NCBI GenBank assembly: GCA_009995365.1
Contig: JAACPR010000004.1
Span: 1 to 50,320, forward strand
Reading direction: 5' to 3'
From: Candidatus Parcubacteria bacterium
Lineage (GTDB): Bacteria; Patescibacteriota; Minisyncoccia; Phycocordibacterales; JAACPR01
DNA length: 50,320 nt
Position 1 is the stretch's first letter. Each line of letters begins with the position of its first letter. Below the pieces are notes generated by a model, which was not told the DNA's origin, ran no database searches, and saw nothing but the letters and a program-made list of their open reading frames with translations. The position numbers were made by a program, and so were the translations under genes. Shown piece by piece: positions 9,109 to 17,288 of this stretch.

Positions 9109-9522
9109 TTAATTTTTATCTTCTTTAAACCAACCAGCTTGCCACTCGAGTATTTTATTTCTTGCTCTCTCAATCTCTAGCTTATTTTTTTCTTGCTCTA
9201 GTTTTTTACGATCACTTCTAATTTTTTCGAAATAATTATTTCTATAAGACGGATGTCTGTGGCCTAACCAATATTTAGTCACACCAATGTCTCCGTTCTT
9301 AATTCCGTTTAGAAGATTATTTTCTGCGTAATCATTTACTCTATCAACACCAAAGAACAAAGCTTTCTCAACTTTATTTTTAAACCGAACGCTTTCTTTT
9401 TGCCATCTATAAATTGAATTTCTAGATATTCCTGCAACATCACAAGCGTGTTCAATAATCGGTGTTTTTTCAAGAGCTTCTAAGAAAGTTTCCTGTATTT
9501 TTTTCTTCCTATCTTTCTTCAT
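9109..9522 (-). CDS. HTH DNA-binding protein (phage small-terminase / transposase-HTH-like)
   Basis: ACDVAGISRNSIYRWQKES is a helix-turn-helix. The gene overlaps the ParB-MTase gene by 14 nt. Confidence 0.5.
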   Translation of the reverse strand: MKKDRKKKIQETFLEALEKTPIIEHACDVAGISRNSIYRWQKESVRFKNKVEKALFFGVDRVNDYAENNLLNGIKNGDIGVTKYWLGHRHPSYRNNYFEKIRSDRKKLEQEKNKLEIERARNKILEWQAGWFKEDKN

Positions 9523-10783
9523 TTGAGTGAATAATTACAGCTTTCTCTCCTGTAAGAGCTTCATACCTCCTTATGATCAAATCACAAAAGATAGGTTCTT
9601 TTTCAATAACATAAGCTCTTCTTTTTAATTCTGTACAGGCAATTAGTGTTGACCCTGATCCTCCAAAAGAATCTAATATGATATCTCCAATTTTAGAACA
9701 CCTCCTGATAGCTTTATGATAAAGATCAACAGGCTTTTGAGTTGCATGATTCATTTGTTTTCCTGAAACTCTTTTTGAAGTCCAAAGATTAATACTGTCT
9801 AATGATTCATTACCATTACCAATATCAGAATTCATAATCTGATTTAAACCATATTCATTTGAAGATAAATAAGGCTTGTTTAATGTACCGTAAATCGCAG
9901 GCTCATAACATTTTGAGAATGCCACACTAGGAGTTTCATTGCTCCCGTTCTTAATCCATAAACAAACACGCCTGTTTCTAATTCCAAACTCACGATAGAG
10001 TGTCTGAAGAATCCAAATCTGTTCTTCTGTATTGAAGTAGAACACATGACAATCTTCATTCGTTACTGTTAAAGCCGTCTTGATATTCTTCCTAAGAAAA
10101 TCAATATATTCTTCTTCAGTTCTGTTGTCCTCAACATTACCTCCAAAATCTCTTTTCCCACCAATACCTTTATTGTAATTTATTTGCAGATTGTAAATTG
10201 GATCTGAAAGAATTAAACTTGTCTTTTCTTTTCCAAACAATCTTTTTAATACTTTAGGATTGTTTGAGTCTTCACAAATCAATTTTGATTTACCAAGTAA
10301 AATTAAATCACCAGTTTTTGTTTTCGGTGTTTTTATTTTCTTGAGTTCAGCTTGTTCGTCGAAATCTGTTTCTTTTAAATCAGGTTCTTTATCAAACAAA
10401 TTTGATAATTCAATTTTGTCGAACCCTGATAGTTCAAGAGTTTCTAATTCGAACCCTTTTAACAAATCGAAATCCCAATCTCCACCAAGCTTGTTAGAAC
10501 CAATCAGATATTGATCTGATTCTTTTTTAGTAAGTTTTCTGTTGGGTACTCGAATATCGATTATTTCTTCTCCTCGTCCCAATAATTTTAAAGCCTTAAT
10601 TCTTTGATGACCTGCTAAAATTCTGCCATCAAAATCTACAGCAGGTATTTCAACTAGATTAAACTTTTTAAGACTTTTTGTAAGATCTGATAATTGCTTA
10701 TCAGAAATTGACCTTGGATTTATTTCTTGGGGAACAAGATCGTTTACCCGTTTTTGAATTGTGCACCAATGTAGTTTTTGCAT
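9509..10783 (-). CDS. ParB-like nuclease domain fused to an N6/N4 DNA methyltransferase
   Basis: ParB-like region RILAGHQRIKAL. MTase motif IV variant ILSDPIYN. Motif I ILDSFGGSGSTLIAC. The ORF is open to 10816, but alignment to the paralog at 33177-34448 favours Met at 10783. Confidence 0.8.
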   Translation of the reverse strand: MQKLHWCTIQKRVNDLVPQEINPRSISDKQLSDLTKSLKKFNLVEIPAVDFDGRILAGHQRIKALKLLGRGEEIIDIRVPNRKLTKKESDQYLIGSNKLGGDWDFDLLKGFELETLELSGFDKIELSNLFDKEPDLKETDFDEQAELKKIKTPKTKTGDLILLGKSKLICEDSNNPKVLKRLFGKEKTSLILSDPIYNLQINYNKGIGGKRDFGGNVEDNRTEEEYIDFLRKNIKTALTVTNEDCHVFYFNTEEQIWILQTLYREFGIRNRRVCLWIKNGSNETPSVAFSKCYEPAIYGTLNKPYLSSNEYGLNQIMNSDIGNGNESLDSINLWTSKRVSGKQMNHATQKPVDLYHKAIRRCSKIGDIILDSFGGSGSTLIACTELKRRAYVIEKEPIFCDLIIRRYEALTGEKAVIIHSNEER

Positions 10784-10869
10784 AATAACAACAATTAATA
10801 TTCCCATAAGGAACATGAATTAATAATTTCATTTTATTTTAGTTGTTACTTATACTCTCTATCTAAGTG

Positions 10870-10900
10870 CACTAATTTCTTAGTGTTAAAATTATTTTAA
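10870..10900. promoter_or_regulatory. two adjacent perfect palindromes (candidate operators)
   Basis: CACTAA-TTTC-TTAGTG (10870-10885) and TTAAAAT-T-ATTTTAA (10886-10900) sit in the divergent region between the ParB-MTase gene and the LexA-like gene. Confidence 0.4.
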
Positions 10901-10939
10901 CAGAATGGTGTAAAATGTAAAATAATTATTGTGGATAAC

Positions 10940-10968
10940 TTGCAAAAGTAAAGTGTAGATGATAGAAT
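10940..10968 (+). promoter_or_regulatory. sigma70-type promoter giving a leaderless or near-leaderless transcript
   Basis: TTGCAA (10940-10945), a 17-nt spacer, then TAGAAT (10963-10968). Only 7 nt separate the -10 box from ATG 10976, and there is no SD. Confidence 0.55.
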
Positions 10969-10975
10969 ATTAGAC

Positions 10976-11617
10976 ATGCATAGAATACAAAAACAACTTT
11001 TAGATCTAATAGCTACACATAAGGACTTTGGTTCTTATAGTCTAAGAAAAATGGCTGAAATAATTGGTGTTGAAGGTAGACCTCAGATTGTTAAATATCA
11101 TCTTCGACAGCTAGAAAAGGATAATCTTATTCAGGTTAATCTAGAAGAAGGAGTAATCAATCTTGTAAAAAGAGGAAGAGCTAAAGCATCAGTCAGCCCT
11201 ATTTATTCTTTGCCCGTTGTTGGATCTGCAAATTGTGGTCCTGCTAACATATTTGCTGAAACAAATATTGAAAAATATTTAAAAATTTCATCTTCACTTT
11301 TACCAAGAAATAAGAAAAGTCTATATGCTTTAATTGCTGATGGTAATTCTATGAATAAAGCTGAAGTCGAAGAAGGTAAAGTAATTGAAAATGGAGATTT
11401 TATTTTAGTAGATAAGGATCTACAAAATTATAAAACTGGAGATATTGTTGTTGCAGTTATTGATGGTATGGCAACTATCAAAAGATTTATAGAAGACAAA
11501 AAACATAATAGAATTATTCTAGAGGCTGATTCAACAGAAAAATACATGCCTATTATTATTAACGAAGGTGATGATTTTCTACTAAGTGGGAAAGTTGTTG
11601 GAATTATTAAAGGTTAA
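10976..11617 (+). CDS. lexA: LexA-like repressor (winged HTH plus S24 self-cleaving peptidase)
   Basis: N-terminal wHTH (MAEIIGVEGRPQIVKYHLRQLEKDNLI). Linker VVGSANCGPA with a Cys-Gly at the cleavage position, as in UmuD. Ser nucleophile in ADGNSMN and Lys in ATIKRF. Confidence 0.8.
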   Translation: MHRIQKQLLDLIATHKDFGSYSLRKMAEIIGVEGRPQIVKYHLRQLEKDNLIQVNLEEGVINLVKRGRAKASVSPIYSLPVVGSANCGPANIFAETNIEKYLKISSSLLPRNKKSLYALIADGNSMNKAEVEEGKVIENGDFILVDKDLQNYKTGDIVVAVIDGMATIKRFIEDKKHNRIILEADSTEKYMPIIINEGDDFLLSGKVVGIIKG

Positions 11618-11629
11618 TTATTTAAAAAT

Positions 11630-11812
11630 ATGAAAAAAGTTAAAGGAGAATTATTCAAAGATAGAAAGGGAGAAATCAGAGGAAGGGTTAGAAGTAATAA
11701 TGGAAATATTATTGCTACTACTGAAGGGTATACAAGAAAAGGATCAGCTGAGAATGCTTTGAAATTATTAGGTGTAAATAAAAAAGATACAAAAGATTTA
11801 AGGAAAAAATAA
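11630..11812 (+). CDS. DUF1508 / YegP-like small protein
   Basis: FKDRKGEIRGRVRSNNGNIIATTEGYTRKGSAENAL matches the YegP repeat pattern. Confidence 0.65.
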   Translation: MKKVKGELFKDRKGEIRGRVRSNNGNIIATTEGYTRKGSAENALKLLGVNKKDTKDLRKK

Positions 11813-11813
11813 C

Positions 11814-12644
11814 ATGACTAAAATACAAGAATATATTAATGAGTTAAAAGAAAAATCTGATAAAAGATTTGATGATTTTGATATTATCGAAATTGATAAC
11901 ATAAATTCCATATTAGATAAAGCTTATATTGATAAACCAACTTGGCTTGGTGGAGATAAAGAATTTGTCTGTCTTTTTATAGATCTTGATAAGTCTTCTA
12001 AAAAGTCTTTTAAGAAACACCCAAAAACAATGGCAAAAATTTATGATTATTTTACACAAAATATAGTAGATGTATTAAATCACCCCACTATTGGTGCAGA
12101 TTATATAGATATAAAAGGTGATGGTGCATTCGGAGTTTTCGGTGGGGACCAAGCTTCATTTAAGGCTTTTTATTGTGCAATAACCTTTAAAACACTTTTT
12201 GAAGAAAAGATTAAAAATAAATTTGGTACTGAGGAGGAATCCTTAGGGTGCAAAATTGGAATACACAAAGATAAGGTACTTGTTAGAAGAATAGGAAAAC
12301 GTGGCGAAGGTAATTATAATGAGGTCTGGGCTGGAAAACTTGTAAATAATGCATCAAAATTAGCGAGTCAAAAAATAGAACCTTCTAACCTAGGAGTTTT
12401 TGATCAAAATCTAATATTTGTCTCTGATAAGGTTTACAAAGATTTTGAAGATAATGAGGAATTCGGTCTATATCGTTGTTGTGATGTTAGTTCTGAAGAA
12501 AGTGTTTCCATTATTAATCAAAAAGTTCCAGTATTTACTAGAGTTGAAGAGCCATCAGAAGAAACATTAGGAGACTGTTTTTATAAGACGGATGTCAGGT
12601 GGTGTAATAAATGTGCTGATAAATATATTGATTTGATTAGATAG
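11814..12644 (+). CDS. class III nucleotidyl cyclase (PycC-like) with a Cys-rich C-terminal tail
   Basis: Metal-binding Asp motifs CLFIDLDKSS and IKGDGAFGVF. Cyclase core KIGIHKDKVLVRRIG...EVWAGKLVNNASKLAS. The tail is RCCD...GDCF...RWCNKC. Confidence 0.75.
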   Translation: MTKIQEYINELKEKSDKRFDDFDIIEIDNINSILDKAYIDKPTWLGGDKEFVCLFIDLDKSSKKSFKKHPKTMAKIYDYFTQNIVDVLNHPTIGADYIDIKGDGAFGVFGGDQASFKAFYCAITFKTLFEEKIKNKFGTEEESLGCKIGIHKDKVLVRRIGKRGEGNYNEVWAGKLVNNASKLASQKIEPSNLGVFDQNLIFVSDKVYKDFEDNEEFGLYRCCDVSSEESVSIINQKVPVFTRVEEPSEETLGDCFYKTDVRWCNKCADKYIDLIR

Positions 12645-12646
12645 AT

Positions 12647-13108
12647 ATGGAAAAACTAATTTTTAAATACAACACAATAACAAATTGGATTAATAATGCT
12701 GACCAAAAAGCCAATATAGCTTTCCCTGTGGAAGTTTTTATTTTGGGTTTTGTTATTAAGGAGCTTCCTGATAAGATTTTGAATGCAAGTTGTGTATATA
12801 CTTATATATTCGTATTTACTCTAATGTTAGGAATCTCGTCTATCTTTTTATTACTTAAAACTATTAGACCTGAGTTAAAAAATAAAGAAGGAAATTCAAA
12901 AATATTTTTTAAAGATATTAATGATAATTATAAAAAAGGAAAAATTGATATATTTGATCTTAATCAAAACGATAAGGATTTTGAAAAAGATTTAGAAAAT
13001 CAAATACTACAGTTATCAGTTGTGTGTACAAAAAAACAAAAAGCTATTTATTGGGTAACTTTATTTATATTCCTACAAATCCTATTGGTCTTTCTTATTT
13101 TTATTTAA
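12647..13108 (+). CDS. small TM protein, candidate Pycsar-type membrane effector
   Basis: The pattern NNADQKANIAF, then TM helices, then LKTIRPEL, then QILQLSVVCTKKQKAIYW and a terminal TM helix resembles the Pycsar-effector / former DUF family layout. This is from memory and is not verified. Confidence 0.5.
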   Translation: MEKLIFKYNTITNWINNADQKANIAFPVEVFILGFVIKELPDKILNASCVYTYIFVFTLMLGISSIFLLLKTIRPELKNKEGNSKIFFKDINDNYKKGKIDIFDLNQNDKDFEKDLENQILQLSVVCTKKQKAIYWVTLFIFLQILLVFLIFI

Positions 13109-13110
13109 TC

Positions 13111-13488
13111 ATGGAAGTATTTAATAATAGAGAATTAGCATCAATTATTTGGGTAATTATTTTATTAATATGGACATTAATAAAATCAAAAGATTTTTGG
13201 AAAAGTCTTTGTGGTTTAGTAATTTCAATAATTAGAGCATGGAAAATATTTTTTTCAATATTTATTTATACATTTTTTAGTATTTTTGTTTTATATAAAA
13301 TTGGGATTTGGAATTTAAGCCTAATTAAAATTACAGCTTTCTGGTTATTTGGATGGGCTATTATTGTCCTAATGAATTCAAGCAATAACTACAAAAAACA
13401 AGGTTATCTAAAAAAGATCTTTAAAGAGATTATTGGTTTGACTGTAATTGTTTCTTTTATTTCCAATCTGCATAGTTTTTCTCTATGA
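13111..13488 (+). CDS. polytopic membrane protein
   Basis: About 4 hydrophobic helices. Met at 13111 lies immediately after the upstream stop. The tracked 13024 start lies inside the previous gene. Confidence 0.5.
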   Translation: MEVFNNRELASIIWVIILLIWTLIKSKDFWKSLCGLVISIIRAWKIFFSIFIYTFFSIFVLYKIGIWNLSLIKITAFWLFGWAIIVLMNSSNNYKKQGYLKKIFKEIIGLTVIVSFISNLHSFSL

Positions 13489-13530
13489 GTCGAATTACTT
13501 CTCTTACCACTTATTATTATCTTTACAGGA

Positions 13531-13809
13531 ATGTCAGTTCTATCTTCTTATAAATCAGAGTATGGGCAGGTTGGTAATTTGTCGAATGTAATTCTGGGTA
13601 TATTCGGATTAATAGTTTTAAGTATAAGTATATATAAAACAATTATTAATTTGCATGATATTGCTAATATAGAGTTGCTTCAAGAGTTTCTAGTTCCCAT
13701 ATTATTATCAATCATGTTTATTCCATTTATTTATGTATTTTTTACATACTGTCGTTGGGAACAAGAAAGAGTGGTCGAACGAATAATAATTAAAAATAAC
13801 AAGGATTAA
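13531..13809 (+). CDS. small membrane protein
   Basis: 2-3 hydrophobic helices. It is in the same reading frame as 13111-13488, separated by a single TGA. Confidence 0.45.
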   Translation: MSVLSSYKSEYGQVGNLSNVILGIFGLIVLSISIYKTIINLHDIANIELLQEFLVPILLSIMFIPFIYVFFTYCRWEQERVVERIIIKNNKD

Positions 13810-13823
13810 AATAATTAGGGAGT

Positions 13824-13841
13824 GTCACTTTTGTCACTTTT
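13824..13841 (+). repeat. tandem 9-mer GTCACTTTT x2 overlapping a TTGACT box
   Basis: Read directly. An analogous tandem GTCGCATTT x2 occurs at 49021-49038, upstream of another copy of the same noncoding element. Confidence 0.6.
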
Positions 13842-13864
13842 TGACTGCTCGAGAAGGGTCAAAT

Positions 13865-13873
13865 TGATATAAT
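13865..13873 (+). promoter_or_regulatory. extended -10 promoter element TGaTATAAT
   Basis: TG at 13865-13866 and TATAAT at 13868-13873. It would start a transcript just upstream of noncoding element copy A. Confidence 0.4.
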
Positions 13874-13889
13874 AAAATTATTAAAAATA

Positions 13890-14019
13890 ACCTTACCGGA
13901 CTTGTCCGACCACGGTTCTAGCACGAGACGGCTCACCGACATGTGAGACAGACCGAGTCTCCTAAATTAGCTATATTTTGCAATGTATTATTGGAACGAG
14001 TCATGGTCTACGACTTTTG
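13890..14019 (+). repeat. dispersed noncoding element, copy A (possible sRNA)
   Basis: Shares with copy B an identical 17-mer TCACCGACATGTGAGAC (13933-13949) and a 24-mer ACGAGTCATGG(T/A)CTACGACTTTTG (13996-14019), at the same 63-nt spacing. It also has a hairpin GAGAC-7nt-GTCTC. Confidence 0.5.
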
Positions 14020-14090
14020 TGATTTGTTTGAACTATAGAAAAGCTATATTTTAAAGCTTTATTTTTGGTTCGATTCCTTCATTGTTTTAA

Positions 14091-14119
14091 TTGACATAAA
14101 AACATTTTTTAGGTAATGT
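14091..14119 (+). promoter_or_regulatory. sigma70-type promoter of the YcaO fusion gene
   Basis: TTGACA (14091-14096), a 17-nt spacer, then TAATGT (14114-14119). The SD AAAGGA sits 8 nt before ATG 14168. Confidence 0.55.
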
Positions 14120-14167
14120 CAAATCAGGAATTTAGTTCTTAAACAACAACACAGAAAGGATAAAATC

Positions 14168-16351
14168 ATGAACAAAAACAGTATTCCTATCCTGTGGGCA
14201 TCTGCTAGTGTTTCTAGCAACAAAACAACTTTCAATACTCTCAGTAAAGAAGTTGTTGTTGATGCTCCAGGTCCAGTAATCAAACAAATCATCAGTCTCT
14301 GCGATGGTAGTAAATACCTAAAAGAAATTGTTGATTTGCTCGCAAAAGATTGGGATCGTGAATCTATTGAAGGACTTATCAGTGTTCTTATTCAGAAGCA
14401 AGTAATTTTGGATGGTAAAACTCTCGATAAAGAATTCTGGACTTCAATTACCAATCCAATACGTTTCCCGACAAATGTAAGCAACGAGCGTGTTGCTGAG
14501 TTGGTTTTGCAAGCTACTCAAAGACATCGTGAAGAAAGTGTCAAAAAAACTTATCGACCAAGTGTGAGCGATTTGTCGGAACTGATGAGTCACCGAAAAT
14601 CTGTGAGGATTTTTTCAGGAGAATCAATAGGCTTTCAAACAGTTGTTGATCTCTTGTGGAGTGCTTACGGAGAATGTCTGACTAAAGACGGAAAATCTCA
14701 TAGATCAATTCCGTCCGCTGGCGCACTTTACCCTCTGATTATTCATGTTGGCTTGTTTGTAAAAACAGGTGAACTTAAATCTGGAGTCTATCGTGTTGTC
14801 TATGGTCAGGACGGATCAGTTGGGTTCAATCTCGTGTCGACAGATATATTGAGGTTTGCCAGAGCTTTCTTGAGTCCTGCTGGTATTCAAGAAGGGATTC
14901 ATGGAGTTATTACAATTAGTGGTTCGTTTTCAGTATCGAATCAAAAATACGGTAACCGTAGCATGTTGTATGTTCCGATTGAAGCTGGGCATTCTGCTCA
15001 GAATATTCTCTTGGAAGCAACACGGCAAAACGTGGCAACTCTCGAGATTGGAGGGTTTGTAGATGAGCTTTTGGCAAAATCTATTGAACTTCCAGAGGAT
15101 TACCATCCTCTCACTCTGGTGGCTTTTGGTAAGGAAAAAGAGCAATCTTATTCTAAACTAGAGCCATCTATCGAGATCGATTGGGCGATTCCAATGGTAC
15201 AAGGTTATAATCCTGGTTTTGCTATTGCGTCAGTTCGTTTATCAAAAGAACGGATCTGGTCACACGGCAGAGATCCGTCTCCTGAGATGGCTTTGAAAAA
15301 AGCAATTTCAGAAACTAAGGAGTGGACATCTTGTGGGTGTGTTCCCGAACTGACATATTCAACATTTGGTGAGTTGGAAAATGCTATCGATCCTCGAGAG
15401 ATTATTCAATTCCATCAAAGTCAGTATCGGATTAAAGGTTTTCCATTTGTGTCGTTTGATGAAAGTGTGAGTTACGGATGGACTAAGGGGTATGATTTAG
15501 CAGGTAAAGAATTTTATATCTGTGCTGATCAGGTTTATTTCCCTTATTTTCCTGACACACCCTGTTTTTGCTACTCGAATTCTTCGGGTTGTGCGGCACA
15601 TCCAGATCGACAGACTGCGATTGAGACAGGAACGCTTGAGTTGGTTGAGCGTGACGCTTTCATCAATTCATATTTCTGCAAACTCGATAGACCTTATGTC
15701 GATACAGATACGCTTCCTGATTCAATTGAGAAGCGAATCCAAGACTTGGAGTCTGCAGGGTTTAAAGTTTGGGTCATTGACCACTCTCTTGATCTAGCAC
15801 CAGTTGTGTTTGTCTTTGCACAAAACGAAGACATTCACTATTCTACTTGTGCTTCGTGTTCGAGTTTCGATATTGAACACGCTGTCAGTCATGCACTTAT
15901 GGAGGTTGAGGCTTCGGTCTTACACCGACTTCAGCACGGAAAGCCTGACGAGATTAAACCAAATGAGGTTATCTGGCCAAACGATCATGGTAAGCTTTAT
16001 GGACAAAAGCAATTTTTCCAGAGGGCTGACTTTTTGGTCGAAAGTTCAAAGAGGATCTCTTTCCGAGAAATCGGTGGTTTCTCAGCTCTGACTTGGTCAG
16101 AACTCCTCGATCGTTTTGAGAATAAGGGTTGGAAGCACCTAGTGGTTCCACTCAAACTCTCTGATGATTATGGTGGCAACGGTGATTCGAATATCGTTCG
16201 TGTAATTGTTCCCGGGACTGTTCAGATGACCTTTGGTTATCGACAAGAACCTGCGGGCATGAAACGACTCTACGACATTTCCGAAAGGTTTGGTAATGGA
16301 AGAAGGCTGTCTTATGGGCAGTTAACTAAATTTCCTCATCCTTTCGAGTGA
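14168..16351 (+). CDS. fused RRE-like / SagB-type FMN dehydrogenase / YcaO cyclodehydratase
   Basis: - N-terminus: PGPVIKQIISLCDGSKYLKEIVDLL is PqqD/RRE-like.
- SagB motifs: RKSVRIFSG, IPSAGALYPL, NQKYGNRSMLY (Lys-Tyr), EAGHSAQNILLEA.
- YcaO motifs: SNSSGCAAHPDRQTAIETGTLELVERDAF and the C-terminal FPHPFE (PxP tail). Confidence 0.85.
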   Translation: MNKNSIPILWASASVSSNKTTFNTLSKEVVVDAPGPVIKQIISLCDGSKYLKEIVDLLAKDWDRESIEGLISVLIQKQVILDGKTLDKEFWTSITNPIRFPTNVSNERVAELVLQATQRHREESVKKTYRPSVSDLSELMSHRKSVRIFSGESIGFQTVVDLLWSAYGECLTKDGKSHRSIPSAGALYPLIIHVGLFVKTGELKSGVYRVVYGQDGSVGFNLVSTDILRFARAFLSPAGIQEGIHGVITISGSFSVSNQKYGNRSMLYVPIEAGHSAQNILLEATRQNVATLEIGGFVDELLAKSIELPEDYHPLTLVAFGKEKEQSYSKLEPSIEIDWAIPMVQGYNPGFAIASVRLSKERIWSHGRDPSPEMALKKAISETKEWTSCGCVPELTYSTFGELENAIDPREIIQFHQSQYRIKGFPFVSFDESVSYGWTKGYDLAGKEFYICADQVYFPYFPDTPCFCYSNSSGCAAHPDRQTAIETGTLELVERDAFINSYFCKLDRPYVDTDTLPDSIEKRIQDLESAGFKVWVIDHSLDLAPVVFVFAQNEDIHYSTCASCSSFDIEHAVSHALMEVEASVLHRLQHGKPDEIKPNEVIWPNDHGKLYGQKQFFQRADFLVESSKRISFREIGGFSALTWSELLDRFENKGWKHLVVPLKLSDDYGGNGDSNIVRVIVPGTVQMTFGYRQEPAGMKRLYDISERFGNGRRLSYGQLTKFPHPFE

Positions 16352-16357
16352 TGTTTT

Positions 16358-16394
16358 GAGGCGGAAAGCTAACAACTTTCCGCCTCTTTTTTTA
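16358..16394 (+). terminator. rho-independent terminator
   Basis: GAGGCGGAAAG-CTAACAA-CTTTCCGCCTC (11-bp stem) followed by TTTTTTT. Confidence 0.85.
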
Positions 16395-16411
16395 TTTGTT
16401 AGTATAAGACT

Positions 16412-17224
16412 ATGAATAAGGATTTATCACAAATTGAATTTTACTTCCCAAAAGGTAGTTTTAATAACAAAGAAGAAATTGTAGATCAGATAATTTCTTT
16501 TATGAAAGAAAAAGGTAGTACAGACTATTCTGGCTATGCAGATTTAGATTTGCTTAAACAAGGCCTATTAGATTATATTGGAAATGGTGATAGTTCAGAC
16601 TATCAATCTATTTCTGAAGATAAACAAAAAGAAATTGAAAATATTATTTCTGACACTGTTGAAAAATGTAATGAAAATTTATCTGTGCCTACTAAAAATT
16701 TTATTTTTGTTCATCCATATTTTCCGACAAAAGATGACGAAGTATTTGATGGGGTAATGGCAGTTGCTGTTTATAGTTGTGTTTTTCATTTATTTATTAA
16801 TCTAGAACAAGCGACAAAAGAATCTATTGAAAATACTGTTGCACATGAATTGAATCATACAACCTACTATTATCATCATTATGATGATTTTAATAATTAC
16901 ACTCTGTTAGATGAGATTTTATTGGAAGGTTTAGCCGAAAATTTTCGAGAACAACATTTTAAACCAGAAATTACTAAATGGGCCGGGGCATTAGAAAAAG
17001 ATGAGGCTTTACAAATATTAAAAGATTTAAATAAAGAGATATTAAATTCAACGGATCAAAAAGTCATTAGAGATTTTCTTTTTGGAAATGAAAAATATAA
17101 AAGATGGACTGGGTACTCAGCAGGTTATTGGTTAGTTAAAGAGTTTATAAATAAAAACTCAGAAATGTCTTGGAAAGAATTAATGAAGATTGATAAAGAA
17201 AAGTTTCTAGAAGTTTTATATTAA
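16412..17224 (+). CDS. HExxH zinc metallopeptidase-like protein (DUF2268-like)
   Basis: VAHELNHTTYY (HExxH) with a downstream EGLAENF that could supply the third ligand. Confidence 0.55.
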   Translation: MNKDLSQIEFYFPKGSFNNKEEIVDQIISFMKEKGSTDYSGYADLDLLKQGLLDYIGNGDSSDYQSISEDKQKEIENIISDTVEKCNENLSVPTKNFIFVHPYFPTKDDEVFDGVMAVAVYSCVFHLFINLEQATKESIENTVAHELNHTTYYYHHYDDFNNYTLLDEILLEGLAENFREQHFKPEITKWAGALEKDEALQILKDLNKEILNSTDQKVIRDFLFGNEKYKRWTGYSAGYWLVKEFINKNSEMSWKELMKIDKEKFLEVLY

Positions 17225-17264
17225 AAAAAGAAGGACGTAATAACATGGAAGTCATTACGTCCTT
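17223..17264 (-). terminator. rho-independent terminator serving the minus-strand small ORF
   Basis: AAGGACGTAAT / ATTACGTCCTT is a perfect 11-bp stem (17231-17241 and 17254-17264). The U-tract is on the minus strand only (plus-strand AAAAAAA at 17223-17229). Confidence 0.8.
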
Positions 17265-17288
17265 ATGAGGGCTGAGGCGAGAGCAATG

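Noticed and set aside
13024-13110. The extended start of the 154-aa ORF that overlaps the previous gene
   Set aside because: Met at 13111 lies directly after the upstream stop codon, and the hydrophobic protein begins there. The upstream extension is out-of-frame overlap with the effector gene.
13869-13949. Minus-strand mini-ORFs starting at the conserved CATGT of element copies A and B (MSVSRLVLEPW... and MSVTAAGFEPS...)
   Set aside because: They are 27 and 19 aa long and have different stop positions. The SD spacing is poor in copy A. In the third copy the ATG is replaced by ATT. Conservation looks nucleotide-level rather than protein-level.
14930-16151. Internal and antisense ORFs inside the YcaO fusion gene (14930-15145, 15522-15797, 15804-16091, 15969-16151)
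   Set aside because: They lie entirely within a 727-aa ORF with clear domain motifs. They are a GC-richness artefact.
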